From Schizochytrium sp. TIO01 (lineage: Eukaryota > Protista > Bigyra: Labyrinthulomycetes): a stretch of 64,000 bases of DNA. The stretch covers positions 5,682,862 through 5,746,861 of the forward strand of contig SMSO01000025.1 of assembly GCA_004764695.1 (NCBI GenBank). The letters are read 5' to 3'. The translations under genes and the position numbers were made by a program. A model generated the notes under the pieces. It did no database searches and had not been told where the DNA came from. It saw only the letters and a list, made by a program, of their open reading frames with translations. This document shows positions 58,301-64,000 of the stretch, in pieces (position 1 is the first letter of the stretch; each line of letters begins with the position of its first letter).

Positions 58301-61300
58301 GCAATGCCCTGCGCCAGGCCAGACGAGGTTTTCCAGGTCCACGGCCGCGGTTTGCCTGCGCAGTCGATTGTGCGGGGCAAAAGGCGCGAGCAGGGCGAAA
58401 GGCGCTGCCTAAGGCATGATACGAACTTTATAGGGGAGAATGCGGGGAGCGATTAATGAAGGGAAAAGCTGCGAGACAGAAATTCCGAATGTAATGGTGT
58501 TCTTTGTTCTGTGTTCTCTTTTGAGGGTAGGAAGTGCATAGTACCCATAGAACTCTGCCGCGGCTCGCGTTCTTTGTCCTCTTCAAAGGATTATGATAAG
58601 CTCTGTCTTTTATTGTTTTTGTTATTATTATTGTTATTGTTATTTGAAGTCGCGGTACTAAAAGTAAGTAAAATCTTTGGAACAATTTAATTTAATTAAA
58701 AAAAACTAAACAAAAAAAAAACTTGATGATCAATTTTATAATAATATGTTTTTAAAGTTGTCCCGCTTCGTTGTTGGTTTGGGTGTATTTTTATTTTGGA
58801 TTGCGTCTGTCCAAGTCGTTGGAGCTCTTCGCTTGATCGACGAAGAGAAAGGCGTCGAGGCAGCGAAGTAAACAATCACAGATCGATCAAATTAGTTGCC
58901 ATGGTATCTTCTGAGTGCATGATCCCCTTGATCCACATGCTCTGAATTGAGTAATAACTGCGTGCATGATGCAGACGCTGTAAGCATCGTCATCAATCGC
59001 AGAATCTTTATTAAAACAGCCCTCTGCTATCAAGAAAGCAAATAACATGGACCTATTCATCACTTATGCCTAGGGAGGTACTGCGTATTTTTGTTTAAAG
59101 TCTCTTAGGTTATGTACCCAATTCTAACTTGTGATTGTTGTCGAGTATGCTACAGGATTAGGCTATTTCTTTCTTTGAAGATTGTGCCAACTCGCTACAA
59201 ACGACTCTGCGCGAGAGCCCTAACTTTAACCCGCTGCGGAGTGTTAGTACGACACATGGATCAAAAACCCAATGAACGAAACAGAGCAAACAATCCGCGT
59301 TCTTTATCATCAATGATTAATGATTGCAATTCGTCTTTAATTGTACGTACCCTACATACCTAGCGCACATACGCACTATCTATGGTAAACACTAAGTGGG
59401 CACCTGCGTAGTCGCAAATCTCATCGCCATAATAATAATCCCAACTTGCAGCCTTTGCAAAGTGCGCCAAGGTCGTAGATATCAATTACTCAGGTGCGCA
59501 CTATCATGAACTCAAATCGCCAGGACTGGTTCAACGGTTCATGATTAAACAGCACTAGCCGTCCCTCCAATTTGTTGCAAGGACAAACACAATCTCCGAT
59601 AGAGCCATCTTTACATCCATGATGACGACCCAATGTAAATACCATTCTGTGCAATATCCACTAACTTGAAGAATAATATTATATTATGCAGGACTAGTGC
59701 TCCAATGCCTGTCTAGAGGAAATAGTAGAGAGAGGTACCTACTGCACGTTCTTCATCAATCACTGATTCCATCATGGTCGAAGATAGTTGCGAAAGCCAT
59801 GATACTACTTCACGATCCCTCAAGTTCATCGTAGTACCTAGCTAGATAGAGTCTATTGTAGAGCTGCAAATGCAGCGCTGCCCAAAGAAAGCCGTGGGTG
59901 GCTCTAAGTAAAAGATAAGTGGAGATGTTCACAATAGTGTTCACAATAGGACGGACGGCTCTCAGAGCTCGCCAAGTTGGCTGCAGATCATGACCAGGCA
60001 AAGTCGCCAGCAAATCCATAACTGCAGTTCGCTGCAAGATAAAAACACCTCTTGGTGTCACAGCACTGCGCTTGCAGGAGCACGGTGCTGCAGCCATGGA
60101 GGCCTCTTGAGCTCACCTGAGCTGTATAGCCTTAGTCACGCTGTGATGAACTTAAGCATCAAGAAGCAGAGCTGAGCTTTCAGCTAGAGTCTGAAAGGCT
60201 TCGAGATACCCTATTCCTCTATCCATGTACAGGATGGAGTATGGAAGCCAAAGGCCATTCGTGCTGAAGAGATAAGAAAGCGCTTGTGCTTTCTCTCTAG
60301 ATCAGCTACACGAAAGGGTCAATGCGCTGGAGGGATTTCCTCGAAAAGACAATGCTCTTGATTGAATGATTTGTATCTCCTTACTCTAAGTGTAAGTACA
60401 GCATGAAATAGACAGGCTCGCTTGGTTGATTGGTAGGTCGAAAGAATACAGAAGCAAAAGTTAGACGGGCATGGTAGTTGTAAAAAAAAAAGTGTCGTTT
60501 GTATAGGGCAATGATCGAAAAAACAGCTCCCTCTTCTGATGGCTCGCTTTCAGAGTTCAGTGAAGAAAAACATTCACTCCGGAAATATGAATGTCTGAGC
60601 TCTCTACTCCGATAACTTTAGAAAACAACACCAAGCCTATGAATAACAACCTGCTCGTGTTTGGCCGCCTCATCGTGTAGCATGCCGTAGTGTACGATGA
60701 CTTGTTTTATAGTTCATCATTAACTGACCTCATTGGTTTCGTCCACGTTCTAATCATTGCAGACATAAGTGACTTGTGGAGGATAGTCAAGGTATAACAT
60801 TCACCCTTGGTCAGACAGACGGTAGCCCATCGTCCTACTACGAGCTTCTTAAATCTCTCTCAAGTACCTTTAACAATTCTTGATCGATGAGATAAGATCA
60901 CGTGACAGATCTGGATGGGGTCTGTCCATCACATGATCCCTTTGTCAAACTCACATCTACAAGACGTAGATAACAGGGGAATGAAGATGTAGGATTAGAA
61001 CCGCATCTCTCGAGTGCGGTCTCAATGTTGGTGCGGTCCCCCGCTTCCTGGCCAGAAAGTAGTTTTTTGTTGTTTTAATTTTTTTTAATAAATTGTTCAA
61101 GTCAACTTTTCTCTTCTTTTCACAATCATCAGCCTGTTGTAAAATCTCATCTTTCGCTAGACTTTTCTTACTCCGAACCGGTTGGTTAAACTTTGGTGTT
61201 TTGTGATGGAAAGCTAGCTCTTGATTGAGTGAGTGTTAATAATTATAAAAACGAGTGCTTAGGCAAGAATAGACAAACAGTTTTTTTTTTTTAATGGAGA

Positions 61301-61912
61301 AGCAAAGATACATCAGTAAGCCCAGGTATATAGCACAACTCTTTCAATGATTGGCCAAAGGACAATATGCTGTACTTGAGTGAAATATAAATCCATTGCA
61401 TCAGACCTCATGACTATGTAGAGGCATTCTTCGGCGTTAAGGGTTTTCTTTGCCAATGAACCAATCATTCCAAAACTAAGAACGCAAGGACATGCCAAAA
61501 GTATTTCCAGTGCTAGCAAGAATTTCGTTGCTCCTCTATTCGGCATAGACCATGGTGGAATGCGAAGTGAAAAGTTAAGTTGTTAAAATGATGGTTAAGC
61601 GAAGGAGAATGTTGACTATACTCGAGCTCTTTAATGAACCTGCGTCAGAGCTAAGCTGGTAGAACCTTTCAAGTATTGCAACTCAGAAATCAAGACAGCA
61701 CAACTAAATCACTTAGCATCCATATAGTTAAGAAGGACTGGAGTAGCGAACAAGTAACAAACTAGGAAATTCATTTGCAGATTTTGCGACTAGTTCTGCA
61801 GAATGCCACTCCTTTTCAATCGATAACCAGAGATTGCACAGCAAGGACCTATAGGCGTATCAAGGTCGTGGGCATGTACTTTAAAAGAAAGAAAAACTCT
61901 CAACTCTGTGTC

Positions 61913-62179
61913 TTAGCGCTTGATCTTGAAGGTGGACACTCTTGCAACATTTTCACTTGCAAACTCTTCGATGCGAAGAGTTCCTCTCCGTAATAAGAAT
62001 TCAATCGTTCTGAAGTCTTTGCGGTCCACATCCATTGCATCCTCTCTGAATTTGTTCTTGACAGTCTCAAAGTTCTTGCGCGATCCCGGCGTGTCCTTGG
62101 ACCGCGCCACCTTAAGTGCCTTGCGATACAACTTTAGCACATCCTTCTGCAGGCCGGAGTGTCTGATAATCTTATCCAT
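61913..62179 (-). CDS. SDHAF1: LYR-motif protein, succinate dehydrogenase assembly factor 1-like
   Basis: Reads RHSGLQKDVLKLYRKAL...FR...DRKDFRTIEFLLRRG, matching the SDHAF1/Sdh6 pattern. Confidence 0.88.
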   Translation of the reverse strand: MDKIIRHSGLQKDVLKLYRKALKVARSKDTPGSRKNFETVKNKFREDAMDVDRKDFRTIEFLLRRGTLRIEEFASENVARVSTFKIKR

Positions 62180-62757
62180 CTTTGTCAACTACGCCACCCA
62201 AATAAGCGAGCTAGCTCCTCTGAGCTCCACGCCCTGCAAACGACAATGCCCCAGTCGTCTCCCCGGTGAATTAAGCAAATGAGTCGCGAAGTTGACGCTT
62301 TGCTTCACCAATTGCAAAATCCCTCATACTGTGAAATCTGCCATCGACTATCCTCCCTTAATGTCTCTTTCTTTCGCGGATGTCTATCGATTTACTCTTA
62401 AGTAGCAGTAGGTAGTCATAGATAGAATAGGGGCAACTTGAAAATAGGTAAATAGTTTACTCTTGGAGGGACAATAGGAAAAATATTATCGCGTCCCAGC
62501 TCCAGCTCAGTTCCCGATCTTGATTCCGCCAGGTCTCGAGCCGTTGCCGGAGGCGGCAACCTGCTCACCAGCCGTGGCCAGCAAACTGAGAACAAGGACC
62601 TCGCTAGTGTCCTGTACCGCAGAGCTCGAATACCACCCGAGCATCGAATAGTACCTACGGCCTGGGTCTGGACCTCAGGGAAGGGGAATTTTTCTTGGTA
62701 TATAATAAGGAGACTTTGAAAGCCCTGGTGTAAACAAATTAGTCTTGGCGCAAATCG

Positions 62758-63706
62758 ATGGCTGCACGGAAGCGAGGTCGAATGGGACTTGATGTTTATA
62801 AAGAAATGATATTTGGGAACATCCCGCCATGCGTGAGGCTTGAAGTCTGGACTTTCCTAGACGCTGAGGATCTCATCAGGTACGTGCATTATGCGAAATG
62901 CCCATGCTTGCCAGGGTTTCAATGTTATCGTGTACGCATGTATGAACATTTAGAGACTTTGATTACAAAAACAATCGACGTAGAAGAGTTGTCTTATCGT
63001 GTGTATTTCCAATATATTTTACTAAAAACGCTTGCTGATTAAGGTGAATGAGCTAACGGTTTCTCTTGATACTTTGGCTCTTCGAATTTTCGTATGTAGG
63101 CTCGGGCTTACGTGTAGATCGGTGTTTAAGGAAACTATCGGATCAGAGTACCTATGGGTGCAGCGTTGCCGAGAACTTTGGGCCGACAAAGCTTATGTAC
63201 CGAAGCAACTCCAAATGCATCCGAGCTTAGAGAGCTATTTCCACTCGAAACGCGCAGCGAACGATGCATCAGTTGAAACTCTTGAGAAGCTCCTACCGCA
63301 GGCGTGTTTTCATATGCGAATGGGAGCTGGAACAATGATGCTGTTTGGCTTCGAAGATGCAACAGGTAGAAAAGTACCAATGTTTCGCAGGTTCGCAGAA
63401 GGCGGTAAGTATGTACGATATCCTGACCAAGATGATGTACGGCGCAATCCGTATTCCCTTTCACCTGTCAAGGATCCGGTCGAGCGTCATGAGGAACTGC
63501 ATGGTCCACTCTTGCCTGGCCACGCGCTGGTCTGGAGCATCAATTACCAACACAATGGTATTAATCTGGCAAACCTTCCACCATTGCGCATATCCCGGCG
63601 CGCCGATAACTGGGCCTGGCGTCTCGAGAATGAATTTCTTGTGTACGAAACTTGCTCCAGGCTCACGTTGGAGGATCAAACACGCTTGGATCCATCTGAA
63701 CTCTAA
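62758..63706 (+). CDS. F-box protein; join(62758..62879,63100..63706)
   Basis: Splicing GTACGT...TAG (branch GCTAAC near 63052) restores the F-box FGNIPPCVRLEVWTFLDAEDLIR|LGLTCRSVF...EYLWVQRCRELW. Confidence 0.82.
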
Positions 63707-64000
63707 TAAAAGAAGGAGCTTTTTGGCAGAGAAGCTTTCATTGCGCAGCGAGCTCCAGCTCGCGCTCCACGTACTGCTACTCTGTAAGAATAAAGGGGTG
63801 TTTTGGCATACTTCATAAGTAGACCTTTGCGAACAACTTTCTGCTAGACTTTGCAATTTGCCTCATAGGTATAGAGCCCCTTTACTGTATGCATGTAAAA
63901 ATAAGCCCAAGAATAAGTAAACTTGCCTCGAAATTGCTTTTTCCTCTTTACTATACCTACTAACCTTCTGCATTGTAGATACTGCTCTCATCAGGCCCAA

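Noticed and set aside
30358-62179. Apparent functional clustering (mitochondrial SLC25A40/COQ1/SDHAF1; Golgi golgin/VPS10/V-ATPase F)
   Set aside because: The genes are dispersed among unrelated ones, with no evidence of a co-regulated cluster.
62543-62560. Hairpin GTTGCCG-GAGG-CGGCAAC between SDHAF1 and the F-box gene
   Set aside because: A single 7-bp stem is common by chance, with no RNA-family context.

Overview
Eukaryotic nuclear DNA with short GT-AG introns, many intronless genes and SSR-rich spacers. The gene set (DAP-pathway dapA, plant-type PLMT, class-C 7TM protein, roadblock light chain) and style suggest a stramenopile such as a thraustochytrid/labyrinthulomycete; this is inference only. 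I can support about 17 protein genes: Nse1, FKBP12, a coiled-coil protein, V-ATPase F, a 2696-aa GRIP golgin, a 7tm_3 receptor, an SLC25A39/40 carrier, roadblock/LC7, an IQ-motif protein, VPS10/sortilin, REXO4, PLMT, DapA, COQ1/PDSS, SDHAF1 and an F-box protein. Four are spliced and were reconstructed by hand because the ORF track splits them. Three long gene-free tracts (18.1-30.3 kb, 46.0-52.4 kb, 56.5-61.9 kb) hold microsatellites and possible decayed coding or transposon relics. I found no rRNA, tRNA, CRISPR array, intact transposon or clearly new multi-gene system. The most notable oddities are a RING-less Nse1, a recent 765-bp in-frame duplication in the golgin, a Venus-flytrap-less class C receptor on a mucin stalk, and a 3-Cys/His variant of the SLC25A39 sensor loop.
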